A stretch of DNA of 64,000 nucleotides from Acetatifactor sp. (GTDB lineage Bacteria > Bacillota > Clostridia > Lachnospirales > Lachnospiraceae): assembly GCA_016293615.1 (NCBI GenBank), contig JAEDDX010000002.1, forward strand, positions 27,183-91,182, in the 5' to 3' direction. Shown one piece after another: positions 18,815-29,872 of the stretch (positions are counted from its first letter, which is position 1; each line of letters opens with the position of its first letter). The notes beneath the pieces are model-generated. The model was not told the origin of the DNA. It did no database searches and saw only the letters and a list, made by a program, of their open reading frames with translations. The position numbers were made by a program, and so were the translations under genes.

Positions 18815-21118
18815 TCAGACATTGGACACAATCAATTCCATATTTCCCAACAGTTCAACGCTCTTTATACCGTTCGGTATCAGGAAAAAATCTCCCTTTT
18901 TCACCGGCTGACTGTTGACGATTCCGTCACCGGACACGACCGTGGCCAGCATAAATGGGGCTTCCATTGTAAACTGAAACCTTTCGCTTACAGTGATCTT
19001 ACCCACACGATAATACCGGCAGCTGTATAATTCATTGATGCAGTTTTCAGGCAAATCGGCCGCGCTCTTGACACTGTCCCGAACCGGCTTTGCGGGCACT
19101 GTGATCACATCAATGCTCTGTTCCACATGAAGCTGTCTCGGTTTGCCGTTTGAAAGCCTGTCATAATCGTAAACACGATATGTAATGTCACTGTTCTGCT
19201 GAATTTCCAGTATCAGAACACCACCCTTGATGGAATGCACGGTTCCGGGATCAATCTGAAGAAAGTCGCCCTTCTTTACCGGGATTTCACGGATCAATTC
19301 CTTCCAGCGCCCCTGATGAATCATGTCAGACAGTTCTTCCTTGGTCCTCGCATTGTGTCCGATCACCAGGGCTGCATCTGCCGGGCAATCCAGAACATAC
19401 CAACATTCGGTCTTTCCGAGAGAACCGTTTTCATGTACCCGCGCATAGGCGTCATCCGGATGGACCTGGATGCTCAGATCTTTTTGGGCATCGATTATTT
19501 TGACAAGCAGCGGGAAACGGTCATAGTCCGCTTCGCCGAATATCTCAGGGTGCTCCTTCCAAAGAGTCGATAGCTTCTCTCCGGCGTAGATTCCGTCCCG
19601 GATCGTACCTTCTGCGGTCGGGTGTGCCGAGATGCCCCAGCATTCTCCGATATCCGTGCCTTCAACAGGGTAACCGAACTCATCACGAAACCGGCTTCCG
19701 CCCCAGATATTGTGTGTAAAAGCAGGATGAAAGAACAGGATTTGCTGATAAGGCTGGTTGCAGGAGAGGGTTTTACCGCTGCTTTCAATCACCTTTTTAT
19801 ACCAGAACGCGGAATCTTTGACGATTCTTCTTTGGGTCTGATAATCGACATATACAAGGCCGAATCGCTGTTTATAACCGTCGTTCCATTCAAAATTATC
19901 CAGAAAGGTCCATAGGAAGTATCCTCTGACATCAGCGCCTTCTAACACGGCCTTTTGCATAGCTCCTATGTAACTGTCCAGAAATGTGATCCTGTCATTG
20001 TCATGTACCTTACCGTCAAAAGATATATTATCATGACAGCCCATTCCGTTCTCTGTGATATACAACGGCAGGGGATAACGCTGTGTCAGGAATCGGATGC
20101 CGTAATAGAATGCTTTCGGGGTCACAGGCCAATCGGTTCCGGTCTTAGGGAATCCGGGCTCACGGTCTACGAATTCCGGTTCACCGTCGGCTCCGGCTCT
20201 GACATAATAACCGTTGTAGATATTCTGTCCCATGAAATCAAGCGGCTGATGGATCAGCTCCATATCTTCCTGTGTCATTTCAGGCAGATATTCTGCAAAT
20301 TTTTTCAGTCCTTCCTCAGGATAATGCCCTAAAAACACGGGATCCGAGAACCACGATACATTCCAGGTCCAGTTATCCATGGGATTGTAGAAACCAAAGT
20401 ATACCTTTCTGGCCGCCTCGATATCCTCGGGAGAGTCGGTATACGGATAAGCAACTCCGCCGGTAGGTGCATAACCTACCTGAATGGACTGTTTTGCATA
20501 TTTTCTAAGCTGAATGACTGCCTGTCCGTGTGACTTCAACAGATTGTGTGCAATCTGAAATGTATCCTTATAAGAAAGCTTTAAGCCCGGTGCATGAAGC
20601 CCTCTCAAATGCCCCAATCCAACCGCACACTGTGGTTCGTTGATGGTGATGAACTTATCACAAAGATCTGAAAAATTCTCTGCCACAACCTTTGCATAAT
20701 ATCCGAACCATTGAACCACTTCCGGGTTTAACCAGCCGCCCTTTTCCTGAAGAGCCTGCGGAAATTCCCAGTGAAACAGTGTAATATAGGGTTCAATACC
20801 GTTCTCTTTCATGGAAATTATCATATTTCTGTATAATTTCACTGCCTTGGGATTCACTTCTCCGATTCCCTGCGGTATCAGTCTTGCCCAATTGATGGAG
20901 AAACGATAGGCCTGTATTCCGAGGTTTCTCATCAAAGCATAGTCCTCTTTAAAATGATGTATATGATCGCAGGCTATCTCTGCGTTTTGATGTTCAAAGA
21001 TCTTACCCTGCCGGACAAATACATCCCAGACATTATCTCCTCTTCCATCCCCCGGCTCCGTGCCTTCTATCTGGTAGGCACTGCTGGCTACTCCCCACAC
21101 AAAATCTTTCTTAAACAT
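18815..21118 (-). CDS. GH1 beta-glucosidase fused to type I mannose-6-phosphate isomerase
   Basis: GH1: FVWGVASSAYQIEG, INEP, ITENG, DNFEW. PMI: LSIQVHPDD, KTECWY, PGTVHSI, EIQQNSDITYR. Confidence 0.93.
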   Translation of the reverse strand: MFKKDFVWGVASSAYQIEGTEPGDGRGDNVWDVFVRQGKIFEHQNAEIACDHIHHFKEDYALMRNLGIQAYRFSINWARLIPQGIGEVNPKAVKLYRNMIISMKENGIEPYITLFHWEFPQALQEKGGWLNPEVVQWFGYYAKVVAENFSDLCDKFITINEPQCAVGLGHLRGLHAPGLKLSYKDTFQIAHNLLKSHGQAVIQLRKYAKQSIQVGYAPTGGVAYPYTDSPEDIEAARKVYFGFYNPMDNWTWNVSWFSDPVFLGHYPEEGLKKFAEYLPEMTQEDMELIHQPLDFMGQNIYNGYYVRAGADGEPEFVDREPGFPKTGTDWPVTPKAFYYGIRFLTQRYPLPLYITENGMGCHDNISFDGKVHDNDRITFLDSYIGAMQKAVLEGADVRGYFLWTFLDNFEWNDGYKQRFGLVYVDYQTQRRIVKDSAFWYKKVIESSGKTLSCNQPYQQILFFHPAFTHNIWGGSRFRDEFGYPVEGTDIGECWGISAHPTAEGTIRDGIYAGEKLSTLWKEHPEIFGEADYDRFPLLVKIIDAQKDLSIQVHPDDAYARVHENGSLGKTECWYVLDCPADAALVIGHNARTKEELSDMIHQGRWKELIREIPVKKGDFLQIDPGTVHSIKGGVLILEIQQNSDITYRVYDYDRLSNGKPRQLHVEQSIDVITVPAKPVRDSVKSAADLPENCINELYSCRYYRVGKITVSERFQFTMEAPFMLATVVSGDGIVNSQPVKKGDFFLIPNGIKSVELLGNMELIVSNV

Positions 21119-21162
21119 AACTCCCTCCAAACAACCATACAGGCTTAGCCTGTGTGATTTGT

Positions 21163-22296
21163 TTACTGATCTGCTCCGCTTGCAATCACAGCCACCAGAT
21201 AAAAGGGCAGCTTATCATTTTCATGTGTTTCCGTCAGGCGGATGATTGCGGTATGCTTCCGCTCTTCTCCATGGTCCAGAACGGTATCCAGCACAAGCTT
21301 ATCGCCCCAGGTCTCATCAAAGTTTGCATCGAGTCTGAACGGATGGTCTTCGTCTCCGTCCAGAATCAGTTCTGCCACGGGCGCAGGAAGCTGCATGGTT
21401 TTTCGATACTGAACTCCGATGCAGGATCCTTCGACCTCAAAAGTGATAGATGCCCCATTCAGAGCGGCCGTCCATCCCTTCTTAAAAATATCGGTGATTC
21501 CGTTTTGCGGCTCAGAATCGATCTCAAAGCCCTTCAATACAGGGTTACAGTTGTCGTTTCTGTAACGAACGGATCTCTCGTAGGCGTTTCGTGTCATGGG
21601 AGTTTTCGGGAATGCAGACTCCTGCTCTTCGTTGTCTGCGTCGGTCAATACTCTTTCCAGGAAATTGCTAATGACTGATGCTACCAATTCATGTCCGTAA
21701 TCGTTCGGATGTAGGTCGTCCGGGGTGATGCTCCTGTTTTCCAGCCTTCCTGCGAGAAGCTCGGGATAGATACTGCTTTGCATACTGACAGAGGGAAGCT
21801 CATAGTATCTGCCGATTCTGCTATGTATCAGTTGGGCGCTGGCACCATTGTCGTAACAGACGTTGTGAACCAGAAGCACTGCGGGATGCCCCTCACTTCC
21901 GACTATTTTTCTGACCAATCCTTCGTATGTCTCCATATAGTGAGGCGTGGATGCATCATTCACCGAGAATTCCAGGATGATAAAATCGGGCTTTCTCACC
22001 AGCAAATCACTGTCCGCTCTGGCGCATCCGAACTGGGAATCCGTGGCTCCGATTCCGGCATTTACATAGGTGATTTCGGCGTTCGGGAATGTCTTACACC
22101 ACCATTCATAGACACGATGGGCATAACAAAGCTCGGGCCGGCTTGCAAGACATCCCTGCGTAATGGAGCCGCCCAGAAACCCAAGCGTCAGTTTGCCGCC
22201 GTCTTGTGCCTGCTTCATAACCCGTTTTAAACGCGCCCAATTCCCCCGGTTTGCAACAGAGGCTTCATAGTTTAGATTGATATCATTCGTTTTCAT
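21163..22296 (-). CDS. SGNH acetylesterase, CE17-like (mannan 2-O-acetylesterase)
   Basis: GGSITQG, NAGIGAT, EFSVND, DDLHPND plus a C-terminal beta domain; next to CE2 in a mannan locus. Confidence 0.75.
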   Translation of the reverse strand: MKTNDINLNYEASVANRGNWARLKRVMKQAQDGGKLTLGFLGGSITQGCLASRPELCYAHRVYEWWCKTFPNAEITYVNAGIGATDSQFGCARADSDLLVRKPDFIILEFSVNDASTPHYMETYEGLVRKIVGSEGHPAVLLVHNVCYDNGASAQLIHSRIGRYYELPSVSMQSSIYPELLAGRLENRSITPDDLHPNDYGHELVASVISNFLERVLTDADNEEQESAFPKTPMTRNAYERSVRYRNDNCNPVLKGFEIDSEPQNGITDIFKKGWTAALNGASITFEVEGSCIGVQYRKTMQLPAPVAELILDGDEDHPFRLDANFDETWGDKLVLDTVLDHGEERKHTAIIRLTETHENDKLPFYLVAVIASGADQ

Positions 22297-23338
22297 TCCA
22301 AATATTCCCCAGAGAAACAATATAAGCGCTCAACTCATCCGCCATCTGCTCGGCTTCCGGTACACGGATATGGCCCGGAGTACCGCAGCCGTTGTTGGTA
22401 TACAGGAAATGATGTACTCTGGGACTGTTCATCCGCACACAGACTTCATCAATTGCTTTGTCCCAGTTCCTGTCATGATTCAGGATGGTAGTGGTCAGAA
22501 TAAACTGTGCCTTTGGATATTTTTCCATCAATGTCTCGATGAACGCCTGATAGGAATCCTTCCACTTTGCGGCCTTGGGCGACTGAGGATCCAGAGCCAT
22601 GACATCCACCGGATTTGCATCGTTTTGTCCGATTGCGAGAATCACTGCATGCGGCTGCCAAAGAGAGAAATCCCACGGCTTTGTCTCGCCAAGCTCCGGA
22701 TTGTATCTGACCTTGTCATAGACAGACTCCATTCCGACATAATGAGGGGCGCAGAACCATCCGGTATGGTCAAGGAGTGCCGCTCCGCCCTGTGCTGTGA
22801 TATGTACTTCGGCGTTTAATTTTCTGGCAGCCATCCAGGAATAAGAATACCAGCTGTTGGAATAGATTCCGTCATGCCCTTCAGGATCGGGAGTCCCCAC
22901 ACAGTCAATTGCCTCAGAAACTTCTCCGCAGGAAACACTGTCACCAAACACTTCTATCCGGCGTGCCGGCAAAGGATCACAGGGATATACTACGGTATCG
23001 TCCGGCACCGCAAACCCGCTGAATGTATAGGTATGACAGGAATCCATACGCTTGAACAGCATCAGATCATGCTTCCCGGGGTGTAGTCCCCTCGCGATCT
23101 GATAGACATGCTCTTTTCCGTCTTGGATCAAGGAAAATTTGCCCTGTCTTCCATCCAGAATATACCCCACATAGTTGGTAAAATAACTTCTGTGGTTTGT
23201 CAGGAACACATCGATTCCGTCTCCGTCAAAGCACAGTCGGACATAGCTTCCCGCGAAGACGAATTCGGGGCCGACAGGATCTTCAAAGTCGATTCTCCCA
23301 CTATATTGTAATTCCTTATGATTTGGTAAAATGATCAA
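22283..23338 (-). CDS. SGNH acetylesterase, CE2-like
   Basis: N-terminal YSGRID jelly-roll; FGDSVSCG, IGQND, C-terminal PGH. Confidence 0.8.
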   Translation of the reverse strand: MIILPNHKELQYSGRIDFEDPVGPEFVFAGSYVRLCFDGDGIDVFLTNHRSYFTNYVGYILDGRQGKFSLIQDGKEHVYQIARGLHPGKHDLMLFKRMDSCHTYTFSGFAVPDDTVVYPCDPLPARRIEVFGDSVSCGEVSEAIDCVGTPDPEGHDGIYSNSWYSYSWMAARKLNAEVHITAQGGAALLDHTGWFCAPHYVGMESVYDKVRYNPELGETKPWDFSLWQPHAVILAIGQNDANPVDVMALDPQSPKAAKWKDSYQAFIETLMEKYPKAQFILTTTILNHDRNWDKAIDEVCVRMNSPRVHHFLYTNNGCGTPGHIRVPEAEQMADELSAYIVSLGNIWNENE

Positions 23339-23363
23339 GGCAATCCTTCCTTTCTGAACCGGT

Positions 23364-24542
23364 TTATGAATTGTTTTTTAGTAGTTCAAGATTCTTTGAA
23401 ATCAGCTCGCATCGCTGTGCCACACATTCCACGCTTCTGCCGGGATCGGAAGGAGTATGGAAGACATAATCGATCAATTGATCGAGCGTTGTGGTTGCAA
23501 CATGCATTCTGGTGTCTGAGGAAGCATAGTAAATGAATACCTCCTTCTTATCGTTGACGATTGCACCGTTTGAAAATACCACATTGGACACATCGCCGAC
23601 ACGTTCAGACTCTCTTGGGCACAGAAGCAGTCCCGAGGGCTCGGCGATCACCCTGGAGGGGTCCTTCAGATCCGTTGCGAACGCATACAGAACATAGCGA
23701 AGACCGGCTGCTGTATTTCTGACGCCGTGCGCAATGTGGATCCAGCCCTTATCCGTCTTGATCGGGACTGCTCCGGCACCGTTTTTCACTTCCGTGATCG
23801 TATGATACTTTCGGATACTGGTCATTTTTTCTTCATCAATGACAGCATGCTCAATGGAATCACACAGTCCGAAGCCGATTCCGCCACCGCTTCCGGTGTC
23901 GATAAAATCATCCATCGGTCTGGTGTAAAAGGCATACCTGCCATCTACAAATTCAGGATGCAGCACCACATTTCTCTGCTGAGGGGAATGTAATGTGATC
24001 AGATTGTCGAGTCTCTCCCAGTGCTTCAGATCCTTCGTCCGCACAATGCCGGCAGCAGCAACGGCCGCAGACAGATCATGGGAAGAGGTATCTTTGCTCT
24101 CGGAACAGAACACACCGTAAATATACCCATCTTCGTGCTGTGTTAATCTCATGTCATATACATTCGTCTCCTCAGGGCAGGTATCATCCAGCAGAATAGG
24201 GTAATCCCAGAATTTGAAATTGTCAATACCATTTTCACTTTCAGCTACTCCGAAGAAAGATTTTCGATCATTTCCTTCGATTCTTGCTATCAGATAATAC
24301 TTCCCGTTCAGGTAGATTGCCCCGGAATTCATGACAGCATTGATACCGAGGCGCTCCTCAAAATAGGGATTGGTCTCTTTGGATAGATCATATCTCCAGG
24401 TGAGCGGAATGTGTTCTCTTGTCAGAACAGGGTATTGATATCTGTCATAAATACCGTTATAAAAATCACTGTTCTTCACATTCCTTCTGGAGAGCAGTGC
24501 CTCCTGTTTTGCGGATAATTCAAAGTATTTTTCGTGAATCAT
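23364..24542 (-). CDS. GH130_1 4-O-beta-mannosyl-glucose phosphorylase
   Basis: [59 protein letters not shown]. Confidence 0.88.
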   Translation of the reverse strand: MIHEKYFELSAKQEALLSRRNVKNSDFYNGIYDRYQYPVLTREHIPLTWRYDLSKETNPYFEERLGINAVMNSGAIYLNGKYYLIARIEGNDRKSFFGVAESENGIDNFKFWDYPILLDDTCPEETNVYDMRLTQHEDGYIYGVFCSESKDTSSHDLSAAVAAAGIVRTKDLKHWERLDNLITLHSPQQRNVVLHPEFVDGRYAFYTRPMDDFIDTGSGGGIGFGLCDSIEHAVIDEEKMTSIRKYHTITEVKNGAGAVPIKTDKGWIHIAHGVRNTAAGLRYVLYAFATDLKDPSRVIAEPSGLLLCPRESERVGDVSNVVFSNGAIVNDKKEVFIYYASSDTRMHVATTTLDQLIDYVFHTPSDPGRSVECVAQRCELISKNLELLKNNS

Positions 24543-24558
24543 CGTCGTACTCCTCTTG

Positions 24559-25566
24559 TCATTTTGTTAATTCCTCCACCACTTTCCGATAAATCACATG
24601 ATAATCCGAGCGGTGAAACAGTCCGAATTTCTCACCGTTACCGGTAAAGCATCCGTTGTCCCACCAGACACAGGGAACATGAATCTCCTTTGCCTTGTCG
24701 AGGTAATATCTCACCCAGGCAGCACGCTCTTCCTCATTTTCCTTATTCATCGCACCGAATTCTCCGATGATGACGGGAATTCCCTTGTCTGTATAAAGCT
24801 CCTTCAACCGGCCCATAATGGTGTCGATCACTGCTGTATCCTTGTTCCACCGGCTCCTTCCGTCAATCTTCAACGCAAAGTCATAAGGCTCGTAGGCATG
24901 CACGGAAATGATGATACGATCATCCTTCGGAACTTCGATATGTTCTATTGCAATGTGGCAATTGGCCGCATAGCCGGGCAGCATCAGATATCTAGAGGGA
25001 TTGAAGCCGCCGCAGGAACGAATCGTTTCCACGAAGGCAAGGTTGGTTGCATTGACGACATCCCAACCTTCCTTGTCGCCTCCGTTCCATTCTAACTCGG
25101 TACCGACCTTTCTGGGCTCGTTCTGTGCCTCAAAAATCAAGTGTTCATCATAATCGGAAAAGGTGTCCGCAAGCTGCTTCCAGATGCTTCTCATCTTGCT
25201 GCAGGCCGCCTCACGGTTCTCATAATAAGGATAGTTCCAGGACTCATGATGCAGATTCAGGATGACGAATGCGCCCTTTTTATAGGCATAATCCACGACT
25301 TCCCTGACTCTTTTGAGCCAATTCTCCTCAATCCTGAAGTCCTCTTCATAGATGTGACCGGACCAGGTCACGGGGATTCGGATCAGATTAAACCCCGTCT
25401 TTAGAATTGCATCGACCAGCTCCTCTGTAATCACAGGCTTTCCCCAGGCTGTCTCACTCTTTTCGGTGGGTGCATCCACAGGCAATGCAGGATGAAACGC
25501 ATCCAGCGTATCACCGATGCTGATTCCCACCTTGATCTGTTTTACAAAATCAATTGCCGTCTGCAT
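24559..25566 (-). CDS. GH5 endoglycanase with no signal peptide
   Basis: IRIPVTW, ILNLHHE, acid/base NEP, SVHAY, nucleophile IGEFG, WWDNG; ATG 25566. Confidence 0.88.
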   Translation of the reverse strand: MQTAIDFVKQIKVGISIGDTLDAFHPALPVDAPTEKSETAWGKPVITEELVDAILKTGFNLIRIPVTWSGHIYEEDFRIEENWLKRVREVVDYAYKKGAFVILNLHHESWNYPYYENREAACSKMRSIWKQLADTFSDYDEHLIFEAQNEPRKVGTELEWNGGDKEGWDVVNATNLAFVETIRSCGGFNPSRYLMLPGYAANCHIAIEHIEVPKDDRIIISVHAYEPYDFALKIDGRSRWNKDTAVIDTIMGRLKELYTDKGIPVIIGEFGAMNKENEEERAAWVRYYLDKAKEIHVPCVWWDNGCFTGNGEKFGLFHRSDYHVIYRKVVEELTK

Positions 25567-25594
25567 AGCAACACTTCCTTTCATATGTGCAGTA

Positions 25595-26617
25595 CTATCG
25601 CATGCCGATTTCCGTGTCGGTTACGTTAGTCACACTGTGCTCCTTGATGTAAGCAACGATTTCGTCCAGTTTCGTAAATGCAAGGCCGACATAACTGTCT
25701 GCACAACCGTAATAGAGGGCGATCTTACCGGTATTGGAATCGTGGATGGTCGCGCAGGGGAAGGTAACATTGGGCACAAAGCCTCTCTCCTCATACCATT
25801 CCTCAGGAGTCAGAAGGAAGTTCTCGCAACGGTATAATACCTTGGAGGGATTCTCAAGGTCCAGGATTGCGCCTCCGATGGAATAGACATATCCGTTGCA
25901 GGTACCGCTGACGCCATGGTAGAACAACAGCCAGCCTTCGTTTGTCTCAATGGGTGCTGCACCGCCGCCGATCTTTAAGGATTCCCACCACTCGTTTCCT
26001 CTGCTCATGACATGTCTGTGTTTGCCCCAATAAACCATGTCAGGACTTTCACTGATGAAAATATCACCAAAAGGCGTGTGTCCGGAATCAGAGGGTCTGC
26101 TTAACATCATGAAGTTACCGTGAATCTTTCTGGGGAACAATACAGCGTTTCTGTTAAAAGGCAGGAAAGGATTTTCAACTCTCACAAAGGAGGTGAAGTC
26201 CTTTGTTTTTGCCATGCCGATCGCAGCTCCGTAAAAGTCCTGACACCAGATGATATAGTAGGTATCTTCAACTTTCACCAGTCTGGGGTCATACGCATAG
26301 CGCGGCATAAAGTCATTGCCCGCTTCGTCCTTGAACGGAATGGGCTTGGGGTCGAACTCCCAGTGGATGGCATCTTCACTTCTGCCAAGGTAAATATAAG
26401 GGATGCCGTTGGTCTGCTCACCGCGGAATACACCGATAAATTTTCCTTCATAGGGCATGACTGCACTGTTGAAGATTCTTGCAACGCCTTCGATGGGGTT
26501 GCGTCCGATGATAGGGTTCTCGCGATATCTCCAGATAGGAGCTCCCTTTAAACCTTCGGGTTTGTCCTGCCAGGGAATATTGTTTACAGGTTCAGAAAGC
26601 ATTTTTAATTCGCTCAT
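25595..26617 (-). CDS. GH130_2 beta-1,4-mannooligosaccharide phosphorylase
   Basis: RIFNSAV, YAYDPR, PFNRNAVLFP, SRPSDSGHTPFGD, GFVPNVTFP. Confidence 0.88.
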   Translation of the reverse strand: MSELKMLSEPVNNIPWQDKPEGLKGAPIWRYRENPIIGRNPIEGVARIFNSAVMPYEGKFIGVFRGEQTNGIPYIYLGRSEDAIHWEFDPKPIPFKDEAGNDFMPRYAYDPRLVKVEDTYYIIWCQDFYGAAIGMAKTKDFTSFVRVENPFLPFNRNAVLFPRKIHGNFMMLSRPSDSGHTPFGDIFISESPDMVYWGKHRHVMSRGNEWWESLKIGGGAAPIETNEGWLLFYHGVSGTCNGYVYSIGGAILDLENPSKVLYRCENFLLTPEEWYEERGFVPNVTFPCATIHDSNTGKIALYYGCADSYVGLAFTKLDEIVAYIKEHSVTNVTDTEIGMR

Positions 26618-26647
26618 TTTAATATCTCCTTTTGTTTGTGTTGTAAT

Positions 26648-27667
26648 TTATCTGGGAGCGACACTTTCCTTTCGGATCAGGTGTCCCTCGACAATTCTTG
26701 TTCCGTATTGGCAGGTCTCGTGATTCATTCTCTTAATCAGAATGTTCATGGCCTGTTCTGCCATATCTTTTTGCTCGACTGCGTAAGTCGTGATTCCGAT
26801 GTTACAGATGCCCGGATGCACATAGTTATCAAAGCCTACGACCGAGACATCCTCCGGTACACGATATCCGTTGTCATTTAACAGATGGATCAATTTTGCG
26901 GCAAGAATATCACAATTGCAGAAAAACGCAGTCGGCATCTTCTCCGGCAGCTTGAGCAGTTCGTCAGCAAAGATGCCGCTTTCGGGATGTCTGTCATCAA
27001 TCTGCCATTCCGGACGGGGCTGGATTCCTTTTTGCAGCAACGCTTTGACGTAACCGTAATACCGGTCCGTAATGGAAGGAGTAGCCAGAATGGTTCCGAC
27101 AAACGCTATATCGCGATGCCCCTTTGAAATCAGGTAATTTGTCAGATGATACGCTCCGTAATAACTATCGGAAATGACTGCATCACTGTTAGCACGTCCA
27201 TCCATGAAGTCCAGATAGACAATCGGTACATTGCAGCCCTTTCTGAGATAATCCAGAAATTCCCTGCTCAGCTTACCGATGATAATGATTCCTTCTACCA
27301 AATGCTCTCTCAACAGCTTCGGCATTTCGAGGGTCTGCTCCATCTCCCCGCTCACCACTTCGAGCATGGCAAAGCATTCATAATCCATGGCGTAAGTCGA
27401 TACTTCCTGATACAGATTCCAATAGAAGGACTGGTATTTATCGAGATAACTGTCAGCAATCAACACGCCAAACCGATGACTGTGATAGCGGATCGATTCC
27501 TTTCTGGCAACGGAAGGCTGCTTATAACCAAGTTCGGAAGCAACTGCCTTGATCTTAGTTCTCAGTTCCTCACTGACGCCCTTTTGATCGGACAATGCCT
27601 TCGAGACCGTGACAATACTGACCCCGACAATATTTGCGATATCGGATAGTTTTACTGCTTTACTCAT
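26648..27667 (-). CDS. LacI family transcriptional regulator
   Basis: HTH KLSDIANIVGVSIVTVSKAL; sugar-binding domain ending VPEDVSVVGFDN. Confidence 0.92.
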   Translation of the reverse strand: MSKAVKLSDIANIVGVSIVTVSKALSDQKGVSEELRTKIKAVASELGYKQPSVARKESIRYHSHRFGVLIADSYLDKYQSFYWNLYQEVSTYAMDYECFAMLEVVSGEMEQTLEMPKLLREHLVEGIIIIGKLSREFLDYLRKGCNVPIVYLDFMDGRANSDAVISDSYYGAYHLTNYLISKGHRDIAFVGTILATPSITDRYYGYVKALLQKGIQPRPEWQIDDRHPESGIFADELLKLPEKMPTAFFCNCDILAAKLIHLLNDNGYRVPEDVSVVGFDNYVHPGICNIGITTYAVEQKDMAEQAMNILIKRMNHETCQYGTRIVEGHLIRKESVAPR

Positions 27668-27676
27668 TCACACACC

Positions 27677-29872
27677 TTACCCTTCCACTGCTGTCAGATG
27701 GAGCAGTTTTGACTGAAAATCGCCCCACATATTATGGATGTGCAAGCCCGCACGCATCAGGGTATCTCCGTAAAAGATTTCCCCGGTTTCTTCGAGACGG
27801 TAGCGCTTCTCACAAGCCAGTCCCTGAAGCCTGATTCTTCTGCTGTGTCTGTTGGCTCCATTCATCACCTGCACATAAGTAAACAGTGCTTCTGATTTAT
27901 CCTTTGCAACCACACCATAACAGTCGTACAGATGATTCTCCGAATAAGAAGCGATACGGTAATAGTCGCCCGTGCGAACCAAGGCATTGTATTTGTGATA
28001 GTCTGAAACCTGATCGGCTATCTTTGCGCGGTCCTCCGGCGGAATCTTTGTGATATCCAGTTCATATCCAAAAGTTCCCGCCAGTGCGACATGACCTCTG
28101 GTTTCAAACGGCGTCGTACGCCCCACAATATGATTCGGGCAATCAGAAACATGTGCACCCATCGTTGAAAGCGGATAAATAAGGGCGGTACCTTCCTGTA
28201 TCGAAAGTCTCTCGATGGCATCCGTATCGTCTGAGCACCAGATCTGAGGACTGTAATACAACATTCCGGGATCAAAGCGTCCGCCTCCTCCGGAACAGTT
28301 TTCTAAAAGAAGATTAGGAAACTCATGCATCAGACGATCCTGCATCTCATAGACACCCAGCACATAACGATGCATGAGCTCGCCCTGATTGGCGACAGGA
28401 AGTCCAAGGCTTCCCAGGTCACACAACTGTCTGTTCATATCCCACTTCACATATTCGATGTTTGCACTGTGCAAAATGGCTGAAAGCAGAGAATAAATAT
28501 AGTCGCGTACTTCCTTTCTCGAGATATCCAGCACATACTGATTCCGCATTCTGCAGGGAGTTCTTCCGTCGATCGTAATTGCCCAGTCAGGATGTGCTCT
28601 GTAAAGCTCTGAGTCAGGTGAGATCATCTCAGGTTCAAACCAGATACCGAATTTCAGACCGATTTTGTTGACTTCCTCCACCAAATAGGACAATCCTCCG
28701 GGCAACTTCTCCTCATTGACAAACCAGTCGCCAAGACTTGAATTGTCGTCATTCCGGTATCCGAACCAGCCGTCATCCATGACGAGCATTTCGATTCCGT
28801 TCTTCTTGGCCTCTTTTGCTATTGCAATCAACTTCTCTGTGTGAAAGTCAAAATAGGTCGCTTCCCAGTTATTGATCAGAATCGGTCGCTTTTTATCTTT
28901 ATAAGGACTTCTGATCAAATGCTTGCGATACAGGTCATGATAAGTTCTTGTCATCGCGCCAAGGCCTTCGTGGGAATATACCAGGACGACCTCGGGTGCA
29001 ACAAACGACTTCCCAGACGGAATTTCAAAGCAGAAATTCTTGGGATGAATTCCCATCTGGATACGCAGGCTGTCAAACTGGTTTTTCTCCACCTGCGCCA
29101 GAAAGTTGCCGGAATACACAAAATGGAAGCCGTAAACCTCGCCCACCTCCTGCGTGGCATTCTTCGACACAAGCGCCATAAAAGGCTGCTCCTGGTGAGA
29201 AGACTCTCCTCTGGTCGACCCTACTCCGGTTTTACCGTATCCGATCTCTCTTCGACAGATATGCCTCTCTCGGGCCCAGGAACCGTTTAAGGTGAGAAGC
29301 TCATAATCCACCTGATCCATATCCATACTCATGGACATCAATCTTTTTACGAATACGGAATCCGTTGACCGATTCACTACCTCGCAGCTTCGCACCACAC
29401 AATCCAGTCCTTCAAATATGCTGTAACGAAGAATGATCTCGAGTGAAATGACAGGGTCAACCGCCGTAATCTCAAGCGTCATACAGTCCTGAACCGAGCC
29501 GAATGTAGCGGGAAGCCCTTCTAACTTCGGCTTGCCGTGGCAGATACGATGTGACTGATATCTCAGGTCTACACAATTATGCCCGTTCAAATCCGTGATC
29601 TCGATGGCACTTTCCCTGTAATCGCCGACATTGCATCCGGGGAATTCTGTCGGAAAGGTATCCAGAAAAGAACCACGGTCTCTGTTGTTGCGTGAGGGCA
29701 CAAAAGGATTCTCATCAATTCGCATCAGTCCCGACACATCGATGTCTGAAATTTTCCTTCCGAAGTATACATGACCGATAAACTTCTCCTCGTCCGTAAG
29801 TGCAATGATATAACTTGTGTTTTCCGTATCCAGCTTAAAAATACCTTTCTCTTTGTCAAATAAAATATTCAT
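27677..29872 (-). CDS. GH36 alpha-galactosidase
   Basis: INNWEATYF, VMDDGWFG, GIWFEPEM, YVKWDMNR, CSGGGGRFD, WCSDDTD. Confidence 0.95.
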   Translation of the reverse strand: MNILFDKEKGIFKLDTENTSYIIALTDEEKFIGHVYFGRKISDIDVSGLMRIDENPFVPSRNNRDRGSFLDTFPTEFPGCNVGDYRESAIEITDLNGHNCVDLRYQSHRICHGKPKLEGLPATFGSVQDCMTLEITAVDPVISLEIILRYSIFEGLDCVVRSCEVVNRSTDSVFVKRLMSMSMDMDQVDYELLTLNGSWARERHICRREIGYGKTGVGSTRGESSHQEQPFMALVSKNATQEVGEVYGFHFVYSGNFLAQVEKNQFDSLRIQMGIHPKNFCFEIPSGKSFVAPEVVLVYSHEGLGAMTRTYHDLYRKHLIRSPYKDKKRPILINNWEATYFDFHTEKLIAIAKEAKKNGIEMLVMDDGWFGYRNDDNSSLGDWFVNEEKLPGGLSYLVEEVNKIGLKFGIWFEPEMISPDSELYRAHPDWAITIDGRTPCRMRNQYVLDISRKEVRDYIYSLLSAILHSANIEYVKWDMNRQLCDLGSLGLPVANQGELMHRYVLGVYEMQDRLMHEFPNLLLENCSGGGGRFDPGMLYYSPQIWCSDDTDAIERLSIQEGTALIYPLSTMGAHVSDCPNHIVGRTTPFETRGHVALAGTFGYELDITKIPPEDRAKIADQVSDYHKYNALVRTGDYYRIASYSENHLYDCYGVVAKDKSEALFTYVQVMNGANRHSRRIRLQGLACEKRYRLEETGEIFYGDTLMRAGLHIHNMWGDFQSKLLHLTAVEG

